The notes under the pieces: generated by a model
What the model was told of the DNA's origin: nothing
What the model saw: the letters and a program-made list of their open reading frames with translations, nothing else
Databases searched by the model: none
Position numbers and translations under genes: made by a program
DNA from: an uncultured Nitrospiraceae bacterium
GTDB taxonomy: Bacteria; Nitrospirota; Thermodesulfovibrionia; Thermodesulfovibrionales; Dissulfurispiraceae
NCBI GenBank assembly: GCA_963705105.1
Contig: CAVPIW010000007.1
Location: 64,001 to 128,000 of the forward strand
DNA: 64,000 nt
Reading direction: 5' to 3'
Shown here: in pieces, positions 49,344-58,525 of the stretch
Layout of the letters: each line of letters begins with the position of its first letter
Numbering within the stretch: position 1 is the first letter of the stretch

Positions 49344-52300
49344 ATGAAAAAAGTTTTACTATTCATTTTTTCTGCTGTGGCTTTAACATTGCTGGGTGCA
49401 GCAGTTGCATTCGCTGGTCCAGCGAGCCTCGGCGACTTAGTCTGGGACGACAAGAACTTCAACGGTCAGCAGGACAGTGAGGAGCCGGGGATTCCTGATG
49501 TGATCGTAACGCTGTACAATTGTGACGGTACGGCTGCCAAGGACAACAACGGCAACCCCGTGGATCCGGCGACTACGAATACTTATGGAAACTATCTGTT
49601 CAGCAATCTGACTTCGGACAGAAGCTACTATGTGGTGTTCTCGAACCTACCGTTGGGCTATGTATTCACAACGCAGAACACAGGCTACGACGCGACGGAC
49701 AGCGATGCAAACCGGACGACCGGCAAGTCGGAGCCGTGCGTGACGCTGGGTTCGCGTGAGATTAACCTGACGGTGGACGCCGGTTTAGTTAAGTCCTGCA
49801 ACGGGACCATCGGCGACTTTGTCTGGAACGACGTCAACAGGAACGGCATACAGGAAGCAGGCGAGCCGGGCATTGCCGGTGTCGTGCTAACGCTCAGCAC
49901 AGGTGCTACTGCCACTACTGATGGAAATGGCTACTATCAGTTCACGGGCCTCTGCCCGGGCACCTACACGGTGACAGTCACGACGCCGCCACCGGGCTAT
50001 ACCCCTACCACATGCGAGGCGCCAGGCAGCACCCCAGCGAACGACAGCAACTGCAGTGGTACGACAAATCTGACAACCGCCAATCCCTCAGATCAGACCA
50101 TCGACTTCGGGTATGTATTGCCTTGCACGGGTGAGATCGGGGATTACGCCTGGGTTGACACGAACCGGCAAGGGTGCCAGGATGTCAATGAGCCTGGCCT
50201 TGCGGGTGTGACGGTGAAACTGTACGCGGGCTGCACTGGGAGCCTCACTCCCGTCGCCACGGCCGTCACTGATGAGAATGGATTTTACCACTTCACGGGT
50301 CTGTGCGCCGGAAGCTACCAGGTTGTGTTTGAAACCCCGACAGGTTACGACCCGACCGCGCCCGACCAGTGTCTTGATACAAACCAAAATAATGATGACA
50401 CGAGGGACAGCGACTGTTCGCAGGGCTTGATCTGCGTGAATCTGCCTACTGATAACTCTACGAATCTCACCATCGATTGCGGCTATGTGCCCCCGCCTAA
50501 ATGCGATCTCGTGCTGGAAAAAACCTGCGAGGTGCCTTCGCCGCCGCCGGGGCCTTTCGTCTGCAGCAGCGCAAAGCCGATCGATGCGATTACGATGATC
50601 TGGAACGGAAGCCAGCCTATCAACATCAAAGCCTGGAAGGGCGCCATCGGTAGTACTTTGCTGGCAACGATCAATGGCATAGCGACTGGCAAGGAAGTCA
50701 CGGTCAGCGGGTATGCCGGATCACCGAACGATGTGATCTGGGAGATCTTTGATGCCACGACCGGGGTGAAGATCGGCAATTCGACTTTCCACCTCTCCTG
50801 CTCGGATGTCGACATGAACGGGCCGGAAGACTGCGGGAGGACGGAAGGCGACGGCAAAGCACTTAGCGGTTACATCAACAGCTGGATCTTCGAGGGAATG
50901 GCCGGGAACGGCCAGGCTCTGGATTGCACACCTCAGCCTACGGAGCCTACCAACGAATGTGTAACCCAACTCGGCCCCGTGCCTGATTGCACAACAGCGG
51001 GCAAGCCGACCAGCCTGACCTTCCGCTATACCGGAGGCGGCTGCGCAGCGAGCAGCAATACACAGGCTCCGGACAAGGCCGTCTGTACGGCGACACCGAC
51101 AGGAGGTATTGTGGACGGATCGATTGCCGTGCGGGCTGCAGGAAACTCCAGCCTCACCAGTGATGTTTACGGAGTATCTCCCACGACAGTGGTTGAAGGC
51201 TTTGAGTTCACGCTCACCTTCGGAGGCAGCACATTTAAAGCCGATTCCTATGTGGAAATCAAGGACAACAACGGGGTGAAGGAGCTGAACAGGATTCACA
51301 CCTCCTGCTCGCAGCCTCTGAAGGTGGGGGATGTGTTCGGCAGCCTGGAACTGGTGGCCTTCAACGGCCAGACAGCAGGAAATGAAGTGATCTACACCTA
51401 TACTTTAACGAACAACGGCGATGCCTTGACGAATGTCACATTGTCTGATGACAAGTTGGGCAATGACATCATCGACCCTCCGGCCAATCTTGATTCCGGA
51501 GAAACAAAAACCTTCGAAGTTATCGTTGAACTGACAGGATCGGTCATAAACACTGCAACCGCCACCGGGTATCTGTTTGGCAATCAGGAATGCTCGGCAA
51601 CTGCCTCTGCAACAGTGACCGTTCAAGTGCCCCAGGTTCCATTTGTGTGCTCTGAGGCCAAGCCCATCAACTCGATCTCTATGGTCTGGAGCGGCACGCA
51701 GACTGTCAAGATCAAGGCATGGAAGGGCGCTGTGGGAAGCACGCTGTTGGCGACTATCGATAACATAGCACCTAGTCAGAAGGTCACTGTGACCGGGTAT
51801 GCCGGATCACCCAATGATGTTTATTGGGAAATCTTTGAAGCGGGCACATCCAACAAGATAGGCACATCCACCTTCCACCTGTCCTGCTCCGATGCCGACA
51901 TGAACGGCGCTGAGGACTGCGGCAAGTTCGAGGGTGACGGGAAGGGCAAGATCGGCTTCATCAACGACTGGCTGTTCGCAGGCATGGCAGGCAACGGTCG
52001 CACATTGGACTGCGGACCTGTGACCCCGCCTCCGCCGCCGAACATCAATGTCTTCGGATCTTCGGTTCCCACTGTGGACAAGAACAAGTTCTACTGGAAA
52101 CTCACCAATGATGGACCGGATACGGCATTCATCACCAAGGTGGAAGTGACTCAATGGCCGGCCCAGCAGGGCAAACTGAAGAAGATCAAGCTTGACGGCG
52201 ATGTTGCAGCAGACCCTGCAGACATTCCGTGGCCTGGACCCGCAGTCATCACGATCTTCTCCTCCGATGTGAACAAGAAGCAAATCGCCGCAGGTCAGAC

Positions 52301-52412
52301 CCGGACCTTCAACATCGAATTCGAGAAGGACTACCTGCTGGATACTACCAGCCAGTACAAGTTCACTATCACCTTCGAGGGAGGCAAGACTCTGAGCTGG
52401 AACATGCCTTAG
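49344..52412 (+). CDS. Secreted SdrD-B-repeat, Cys-rich surface/adhesin-like protein
   Basis: Sec signal peptide (..AVAFA/G); three GD.VW.D.N..G.Q...EPG SdrD-B repeats; duplicated ~125-aa domain; IHTSCSQPL..GDVFGSL domain. Confidence 0.88.
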   Translation: MKKVLLFIFSAVALTLLGAAVAFAGPASLGDLVWDDKNFNGQQDSEEPGIPDVIVTLYNCDGTAAKDNNGNPVDPATTNTYGNYLFSNLTSDRSYYVVFSNLPLGYVFTTQNTGYDATDSDANRTTGKSEPCVTLGSREINLTVDAGLVKSCNGTIGDFVWNDVNRNGIQEAGEPGIAGVVLTLSTGATATTDGNGYYQFTGLCPGTYTVTVTTPPPGYTPTTCEAPGSTPANDSNCSGTTNLTTANPSDQTIDFGYVLPCTGEIGDYAWVDTNRQGCQDVNEPGLAGVTVKLYAGCTGSLTPVATAVTDENGFYHFTGLCAGSYQVVFETPTGYDPTAPDQCLDTNQNNDDTRDSDCSQGLICVNLPTDNSTNLTIDCGYVPPPKCDLVLEKTCEVPSPPPGPFVCSSAKPIDAITMIWNGSQPINIKAWKGAIGSTLLATINGIATGKEVTVSGYAGSPNDVIWEIFDATTGVKIGNSTFHLSCSDVDMNGPEDCGRTEGDGKALSGYINSWIFEGMAGNGQALDCTPQPTEPTNECVTQLGPVPDCTTAGKPTSLTFRYTGGGCAASSNTQAPDKAVCTATPTGGIVDGSIAVRAAGNSSLTSDVYGVSPTTVVEGFEFTLTFGGSTFKADSYVEIKDNNGVKELNRIHTSCSQPLKVGDVFGSLELVAFNGQTAGNEVIYTYTLTNNGDALTNVTLSDDKLGNDIIDPPANLDSGETKTFEVIVELTGSVINTATATGYLFGNQECSATASATVTVQVPQVPFVCSEAKPINSISMVWSGTQTVKIKAWKGAVGSTLLATIDNIAPSQKVTVTGYAGSPNDVYWEIFEAGTSNKIGTSTFHLSCSDADMNGAEDCGKFEGDGKGKIGFINDWLFAGMAGNGRTLDCGPVTPPPPPNINVFGSSVPTVDKNKFYWKLTNDGPDTAFITKVEVTQWPAQQGKLKKIKLDGDVAADPADIPWPGPAVITIFSSDVNKKQIAAGQTRTFNIEFEKDYLLDTTSQYKFTITFEGGKTLSWNMP

Positions 52413-52438
52413 CTCGGAGCCGCTTTCCCCGACTCATC

Positions 52439-52466
52439 GGGCGACCCACAAGGGTCGCCCTTTTTT
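52439..52466 (+). terminator. Rho-independent terminator
   Basis: GGGCGACCC-ACAA-GGGTCGCCC followed by TTTTTT. Confidence 0.9.
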
Positions 52467-52607
52467 ATCTGTCAAAGGAGGTTCCTGTAAAGGTACCGTC
52501 TTTGTAGCCGCAGGCTTTAGCCTGCGTTTGCAATGCACTAAAAACACAGAACCCACGCAAACTGAAATTTGCGGCTTCATTCTTAAATCAAGATATCTGC
52601 GGGCTCC

Positions 52608-52690
52608 TGCGCGCTTTGCGGCTTTGCGCGAGATGGTCTTTCACAGAGGCAGAACGGTCCGCCCGGGGAGCAGACCCTACATCATCATTA
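52608..52690. repeat. CTTTGCG tract + GTAG-type REP hairpin (copy 1 of 3)
   Basis: GGTC(C/T)GC..GAGCAGACCCTAC; direct copies at ~53667-53750 and ~56777-56856. Confidence 0.85.
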
Positions 52691-52758
52691 CATCCCATTC
52701 AGCAAGCCTTTGAGCGCTTTATCACCTTTCCGAAGGCGTCTGCAATGATAAGGTAAAC

Positions 52759-52802
52759 TTGACATATATGCATAATATGGTCATACTCATGCATATATAT
52801 GT
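52759..52802 (+). promoter_or_regulatory. vapBC promoter with inverted-repeat operator
   Basis: TTGACA-17-CATACT overlapped by ACATATATGCAT ... ATGCATATATATGT. Confidence 0.65.
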
Positions 52803-52819
52803 AAGCGTGAGGTGAAGCC

Positions 52820-53011
52820 GTGAGAACAACACTGAACATTGAGGATCACCTGATCGAGAAGGCGTCCAGGATGACCGGGATCAAGGAAAAAACCACGCTG
52901 GTCAAACTCGGACTGGAGGCGTTAATCGCAAGAGAAAGCGGGAAGAGACTCGCAAAGCTGGGAGGAACGGAAAGGCAGCTCAAAGCCATACCACGGAGGA
53001 GAACTCTGTAA
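52820..53011 (+). CDS. vapB: VapB-family antitoxin
   Basis: MRTTLNIEDHLIEKASRMTGIKEKTTLVKLGLEALI...LAKLGGT. Confidence 0.9.
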   Translation: MRTTLNIEDHLIEKASRMTGIKEKTTLVKLGLEALIARESGKRLAKLGGTERQLKAIPRRRTL

Positions 53012-53012
53012 A

Positions 53013-53384
53013 ATGGTGCTTGTCGATACATCCGTATGGGTCGTTCATCTGCGTGAAACGCATGGCCATCTCGCAGAATTGCTCAATAATGGAGACGTGG
53101 CATGTCATCCGTTCATTATCGGTGAGCTTGCATGCGGAAATCTCAAGAATAGGGCTGTGATACTCTCTCTTCTGCAGGACCTTCCCATGGTGTCCGCGGT
53201 GGAGCACGAAGAAGTGCTGGCGTTTATCGACGGTCATAGGCTTATGGGCAAGGGACTGGGCTACGTAGACGTTCATCTTCTCGCTTCTGCCGTCCTATCG
53301 GGCCTTCCGCTATGGACATTGGACAAGAGACTGAGTCAGGTTGCCGACATGCTGCGGCTCAAATACGACAAGAAATCCGGATAA
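53013..53384 (+). CDS. vapC: VapC PIN-domain toxin
   Basis: MVLVDTSVWV, HPFIIGELACG, GLGYVDVHLLAS, LWTLDKRL. Confidence 0.92.
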   Translation: MVLVDTSVWVVHLRETHGHLAELLNNGDVACHPFIIGELACGNLKNRAVILSLLQDLPMVSAVEHEEVLAFIDGHRLMGKGLGYVDVHLLASAVLSGLPLWTLDKRLSQVADMLRLKYDKKSG

Positions 53385-53400
53385 ATATCTGCACCAAATT

Positions 53401-53616
53401 AACTTTGTAGTTGCATAGAAAGGCGGGGCGAAGCGCCTCAAAGCCTTGCTGAAGGCGACGATGCGCCTCGTCAGGTTTGTCTTTCAGGATTCCACTCTTC
53501 GTGTGATCGACCATTGGCTTGAAAGGTTGTCTTCTATGAGGGTTGCGGTGTCGCCGCATCAAGGTTTTCGGCGCATACACCCCGCCTTTCCCGGGAGTGT
53601 ATTGCAAAGATAAGGT
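53401..53616 (-). repeat. Family A repeat, full copy (inverted relative to 7408-7622)
   Basis: Reverse complement aligns with 7408-7622 over arms and most of the interior. Confidence 0.9.
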
Positions 53617-53897
53617 GTTACCCCCTTTCCAAAGGGGGAATAGAATAGGTAGTTGTTTCTATATATCTTTGCGCGCTTTGCGGCTTTTCGCGGGATGGTC
53701 TTTCACAGAGACAAAACGGTCTGCTCCCCGAGCAGACCCTACATCGTCATCTAAACGTCATACTCAGCAGGACGCTGAAGCTCTTGCCTTTTTATGCAAA
53801 GACTGGGTTATATTCTTGATACCGATGTCACGCAGCCGCCGGTATGATCCGGTGAGCTGCCCACGGCCGAAAACAGCGATGCGGGGCCCAAAGCACC

Positions 53898-56744
53898 TTG
53901 CAAATTCTCGAATACATTGATCTCGACCGTTCCCGGGTGGCCCGTCAGTATCAAAAGCTGATCGGCTACCTCGAGCAGGATGATTTCAAGTCCGCCGACG
54001 TCAGGAAACTGCAGGAGTATGATCTCTACCGGGCGAAGCTCGATGACAGCAACCGTCTCATATTCAAGATCGTCACGTTCAAAGGGACCAGGTATGCGCT
54101 GATCCTCGATGTAGTGCTCAATCATGCCTATGACAAATCGAAATTCCTCAGAGGCGCCCGCATAGACGAATCGAAAATCCCTCTCCTTGAACAGTCGCAG
54201 CTTGATAAAGAACCACTCCCGGCGGTCATTTACCTCAACCCGTCGGGACCGCGCTTTCACCTCCTCGACAAGGTCATTTCCTTCGATCCGGAGCAGCAGG
54301 GCATCTACATCCACACCCCTCCTGTGATCATCATCGGCCCCGCGGGGAGCGGGAAAACCGCGCTCACCCTCGAAAAGATGAAGCGGTCCCACGGTCAGGT
54401 CCTCTACGTAACACTGTCTCCCTACCTTGCCGACAACGCGAGGAACATTTACTACGCCAACCACTATGAAAACGATGACCAGGAGATTTCGTTCCTGTCT
54501 TTCAGGGAATTCCTCGAGACGATACGCGTGCCTGACGGCAGGGAGATCAAATACAGCGTCTTCGCCAAATGGCTCCTGCGGTTCCCCCGGCAGCAGCGAG
54601 TCGCCGACGCTCATCGCCTGTACGAAGAGTTTCGCGGCGTTATCACCGGCTCGATCGTCGACAGGCCCTGGCTGAGCCGCGAGGAGTACCGGGACCTCGG
54701 CGTCCGCCGGTCCATCTACCTCGCCCAGGAGCGCGACCTCGTCTATACGCTCTTCGAAAAGTACCTCGCCTTTCTGAAGGAGAACGGGTATTACGATCCC
54801 AACATCCTTGCCCACCGGTATCTGGAGCATGCCACGCAGACCTATGACCTGGTCGTCGTCGACGAAGTGCAGGACATCACGAATGTGCAGCTCCAGCTTA
54901 TTCTGAGAAGCCTCCGGAAGGCCGATCAATTCATCCTGTGCGGCGACTCCAACCAGATCGTCCATCCCAATTTCTTCTCCTGGAGCAATCTCAAGTCCAT
55001 GCTCTATAGCGCAGAGTCGCTTAACATCCACAAAGTGATACGGATCCTGCAGTCCAATTTCCGCAATTCACAGGCCGTAACGGACCTTGCGAACAAGCTC
55101 CTCCGGATCAAGCAGAAACGATTCGGGTCCGTCGACAGGGAGAGCACCTATCTCATGAACAGCCTGTCCGAAGAGGCGGGCGAGGTCGTCTTCATGAGGG
55201 ACACGGACAGGGTCAAGAGGGACCTGAACCAGAAGACGCGGCGGTCCACGAAATTTGCGGTGCTGGTGATGCGCGACGAGGAGAAGGAATCGGTGCGCCG
55301 TTTCTTCGACACGCCCCTGCTGTTCAGCATCAAGGAGGCCAAGGGGCTCGAGTATGAGAACGTCATCCTTCTGAACTTCGTCTCCGGCGAGCGGGCCAAC
55401 TTCCGGGAGATCATCAGCGGCGTCACCCCCGATGATATGAAGGGTGACCTGCAGTACATGAGGGCCTCCGACAAGAGCGACAAATCCCTCGAGGTCTATA
55501 AGTTCTTCGTCAACTCCCTCTATGTCGCCGTCACCCGCGCCGTCAGGAATCTCTATCTGATCGAGAGCGATACGGGCCATCCGCTGCTCGATATGCTCGG
55601 GGTACGGAATGCCCGGGAGCAGGTGACCGTCGATGCGAAGCAGTCAAGCATGGAGGACTGGCAGTCCGAGGCCCGCAAGCTGGAGCTGCAGGGAAGGCAG
55701 GAGCAGGCCGATGAGATCAGGCGCGACATCCTGAAGACCCGGCCTGTTCCCTGGGACGTGTGCACGCCCGCCCACATCATCGATCTGATCGCACGGGCAA
55801 AAGACGCGAGGGATGTCTCACAAAAACCGAAAAAGACACTGTTCGAGTATGGACTCTTTTACGATGAGCCGGCGCTGATCGAGCTGCTCAGCGTCCACGG
55901 ATTTGACAAGGCGAAGCAGATCTATTACCTGCGTGAGGGCAGACGGGGGTTTAACCGTTCACTCTACGAACAGCAGAGGGGACACCTCGTTACCCGGTAT
56001 CTGCAGCCCTATGCCGGCAAGTTCTATAAGGACATTATCGATCAGTGCGAGATGTATGGCGCCGATCACCGCGCCGTCTTCAACAAGACGCCCCTGATGA
56101 TCGCCGCCGCCTCAGGAAATGCCCCCCTCATTCAGGAATTGCTACGGGCCGGCGCCGATCCGGAGCTGACGGACAATTGCGGCATCACGGCATGGCAGGG
56201 CGCCCTGCAGCGGGCCGCCCGGGATGAACATTTCGCTGCAGCATCATTCCCGGCAGTGCACGAAATGCTCGTACCGTCAAGCGTGAGCGTAAAGGTCGAC
56301 GACAGGCTGATCAAGATCGATCGCAGTCAGGGAGAATTCCTGCTCTTTCATCTCTTCTTCGTCCTCCTGCGCAGGCGGATCAACCATCAACTGCCCGACG
56401 ACATCCCACTGACAGCCGTAATCCTTTCCGATGTAACAGCAAAGCTACCCGACGGCATCGTCCCCACCTTTAGGAAAAAGCGCACCTATATATCGTCGCT
56501 GCTTTCCAAAAACGAGATCGACAGCACCAATCCATACGGCAGGAAACTGTTCAGCAGAAAAAGGACAGGTCGTTACATTCTGAATCCGGGACTTGCCGTG
56601 CGCCTGAAAGAGGAGTGGGTCGACATATATCGCCTTGCCGGTCTTGAGCTTCTCTCCCATATCGGATCGGAAAGCGGCGGTCGTTTCCGTGCCGGCCTCC
56701 TGTCCCTGATTTCCGTTGATGAACCGCAGGAAAAACACGTGTGA
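53898..56744 (+). CDS. UvrD-like SF1 helicase with N-terminal RelE-like domain and C-terminal ankyrin repeat
   Basis: GPAGSGKT, VVVDEVQD, CGDSNQ, NFRNS, AKGLEY, LYVAVTRA; TPLMIAAASGN..LIQELLRAGADP; N-terminal VRKL..YRAKLDDSNRLIF. Confidence 0.85.
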   Translation: MQILEYIDLDRSRVARQYQKLIGYLEQDDFKSADVRKLQEYDLYRAKLDDSNRLIFKIVTFKGTRYALILDVVLNHAYDKSKFLRGARIDESKIPLLEQSQLDKEPLPAVIYLNPSGPRFHLLDKVISFDPEQQGIYIHTPPVIIIGPAGSGKTALTLEKMKRSHGQVLYVTLSPYLADNARNIYYANHYENDDQEISFLSFREFLETIRVPDGREIKYSVFAKWLLRFPRQQRVADAHRLYEEFRGVITGSIVDRPWLSREEYRDLGVRRSIYLAQERDLVYTLFEKYLAFLKENGYYDPNILAHRYLEHATQTYDLVVVDEVQDITNVQLQLILRSLRKADQFILCGDSNQIVHPNFFSWSNLKSMLYSAESLNIHKVIRILQSNFRNSQAVTDLANKLLRIKQKRFGSVDRESTYLMNSLSEEAGEVVFMRDTDRVKRDLNQKTRRSTKFAVLVMRDEEKESVRRFFDTPLLFSIKEAKGLEYENVILLNFVSGERANFREIISGVTPDDMKGDLQYMRASDKSDKSLEVYKFFVNSLYVAVTRAVRNLYLIESDTGHPLLDMLGVRNAREQVTVDAKQSSMEDWQSEARKLELQGRQEQADEIRRDILKTRPVPWDVCTPAHIIDLIARAKDARDVSQKPKKTLFEYGLFYDEPALIELLSVHGFDKAKQIYYLREGRRGFNRSLYEQQRGHLVTRYLQPYAGKFYKDIIDQCEMYGADHRAVFNKTPLMIAAASGNAPLIQELLRAGADPELTDNCGITAWQGALQRAARDEHFAAASFPAVHEMLVPSSVSVKVDDRLIKIDRSQGEFLLFHLFFVLLRRRINHQLPDDIPLTAVILSDVTAKLPDGIVPTFRKKRTYISSLLSKNEIDSTNPYGRKLFSRKRTGRYILNPGLAVRLKEEWVDIYRLAGLELLSHIGSESGGRFRAGLLSLISVDEPQEKHV

Positions 56745-56884
56745 AGATCCTGCAGATGTCTTCTATTTTGTTCTTTCTTTGCGCTCTTTGAGGCTTTGCG
56801 CGAGATAGCTTTGCGTGTCTGAGACAGAACGGTCTGCTCGGAGAGCAGACCCTACATAAAGATCAAGGATCAGGGATGGGTCGA

Positions 56885-57667
56885 TCAGGCGGGCGGGGAC
56901 TCGCCGGTGAGGACCGGCGCGAAATGCTCGCGGGCACAGTCCGCACACAGGGAATGCACGAGCTTCGGACCTTCATGCTTGTGCAGCGATGACGTGACGA
57001 AATCGAGGAACTTCTGCGTCGTGAACGCCTTGCCGCACTCCGGGCACCGAATGAGGGGCAATGTATTCACGACTTTCCCGTAGAGGTAGACCTTTCTCTC
57101 GTCGCCCTCGTCCTCGACACGGATGACGCCGATGGGGCAGAGGCTTGCGCAGGACCCGCAGCCGATGCAAAATTCAGCGGACATGCCGATGAATTCCGCC
57201 ACCCTGTCCCGGTTCTCACCCGTCGTCCTGAAGGAGAGCGCCGAGGCGCCGATCCTGTCTTTGCAGACCCTCACGCAGAGCCCGCAGAGGACGCAATCGT
57301 CCACCTTGGGCGCCCGGAACGGTGTCGTATCGACGCCGAGTTTGTGCGCGAGATTCATGAGCTTTTCCGTAATGGGCGTGCTGGCGAGAAGGAGCTCGAC
57401 GATCCTCCTCCTGGCTTCCAGGACTGTGGCAGATTCCGTTTCAACGGACAGCCCTTCGAAAACCCGCAGGTTGCAGGACGACAGGATCGCCTTCCCGAAG
57501 GCCGGTCCGACCGCCTCGACGATGCAGAGCCTGCAGACCCCGTAGGGACCGAGGGCTTCGTGGTAGCAGAGGGTCGGGATGTCGATCCCATCCCGCCTTG
57601 CGGCGTCGAGCACCGTCATCCCCTCATCGACCTGTATGTCCTTCCCGTTCAGCCTGATCGTCACCAT
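56885..57667 (-). CDS. 2Fe-2S/4Fe-4S iron-sulfur subunit (NuoG/HoxU/Fdh N-terminal-like)
   Basis: IPTLCYH...GVCRLCIVE...SC; CVLCGLCVRVC; CIGCGSCASLCP; C-terminal CPEC..CADC; start at 57667 after AGGTGA. Confidence 0.88.
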   Translation of the reverse strand: MVTIRLNGKDIQVDEGMTVLDAARRDGIDIPTLCYHEALGPYGVCRLCIVEAVGPAFGKAILSSCNLRVFEGLSVETESATVLEARRRIVELLLASTPITEKLMNLAHKLGVDTTPFRAPKVDDCVLCGLCVRVCKDRIGASALSFRTTGENRDRVAEFIGMSAEFCIGCGSCASLCPIGVIRVEDEGDERKVYLYGKVVNTLPLIRCPECGKAFTTQKFLDFVTSSLHKHEGPKLVHSLCADCAREHFAPVLTGESPPA

Positions 57668-57706
57668 ATCGTTTTCACCTGTCATTAAGTCACTGAGTCA
57701 TTCTAT

Positions 57707-57993
57707 AACCTTATCGTTGCAATACACTTCCGGGAAAGGCGGGGCGTATGCGCCGAAAACCTTGCTGCGGCGACACCATAACTCTCACAGAAGACATCCT
57801 TTCAAACCAATGGTCGATGCCACAAAGAATTGACTCCTGTAGGGGCCGTCCCCCGAACCGCCCCTACATTAATGACGCGTCCCATACGGATCATTTCAGG
57901 CAAAGGGCTGAAGAAAATTAACCTTTTACGGACACTCACACTGCCACTGACACTGTTTTTCAGAGCGCTTCGCCACGCCTTTTCACGCAACTT
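57707..57993 (+). repeat. Family A repeat with alternative interior (GTAG REP + ACACTG tract)
   Basis: Left arm as 7408; interior TGTAGGGGCCGTCCCCCGAAC..; right arm TTTTTCAGAGCGCTTCGCCACGCCTTTTCACGCAAC; inverted homologue at 63138-63412. Confidence 0.87.
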
Positions 57994-58003
57994 TAATTGA
58001 TCT

Positions 58004-58513
58004 CTAATACGGAATATTCTCGGCGATTTCCTTTGCGAACCTCTCGCGCTTCAGCTCCGACGCCTCCGACGCCGAGATCCACCGGAGGGCATGGGCCGTG
58101 CATTTTGTGACGCAGGCCGGCTTCAGGCCCCTGTCGACCCTGTCCTTGCAGTAGTCGCACTTCTTCACCCTGCCGGCGCCGGCCTCCCACTGGGGCACAC
58201 CCCAGGGGCACGCGGTGACGCAGGCCTTGCAGCCGACGCAGAGGTTCTGGTCGACGAAGACGATGCCGTCCTTCGCCCTTTTCTGCATCGCCCCCGTCGG
58301 GCAGGCCGACACGCACCACGGCTTCTCGCAGTGGAAGCAGGGCATGAAGACGAACTGCAGCTTCGGGATCTCCCTCACCATCTTGGGCCCCACCTGGATG
58401 ATCCGGCAGAAACGCGGTCCCGCCGGGAGATCGTTCTTCGATTTGCAGTGGACCTCGCAGGCGTAACAGCCGATGCAGCGTTTCTGGTCCTGATATATGT
58501 AATAGGTGCTCAC
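58004..58513 (-). CDS. 4x[4Fe-4S] electron-transfer subunit (PsrB/PhsB/DmsB-like)
   Basis: CIGCYACEVHC, CFHCEKPWCVSACP, CVGCKACVTACP, KCDYC..PACVTKC. Confidence 0.93.
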   Translation of the reverse strand: MSTYYIYQDQKRCIGCYACEVHCKSKNDLPAGPRFCRIIQVGPKMVREIPKLQFVFMPCFHCEKPWCVSACPTGAMQKRAKDGIVFVDQNLCVGCKACVTACPWGVPQWEAGAGRVKKCDYCKDRVDRGLKPACVTKCTAHALRWISASEASELKRERFAKEIAENIPY

Positions 58514-58525
58514 GTCTCTTTCCTC

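Noticed and set aside
52300..52412. PEP-CTERM or LPXTG sorting signal on the SdrD-B protein
   Set aside because: The C-terminus has no such motif, TM helix or basic tail
53395..53625. Family A palindromes as integron attC sites
   Set aside because: Ends do not fit RYYYAAC/GTTRRRY, copies occur in both orientations and between housekeeping genes, and no intI is present
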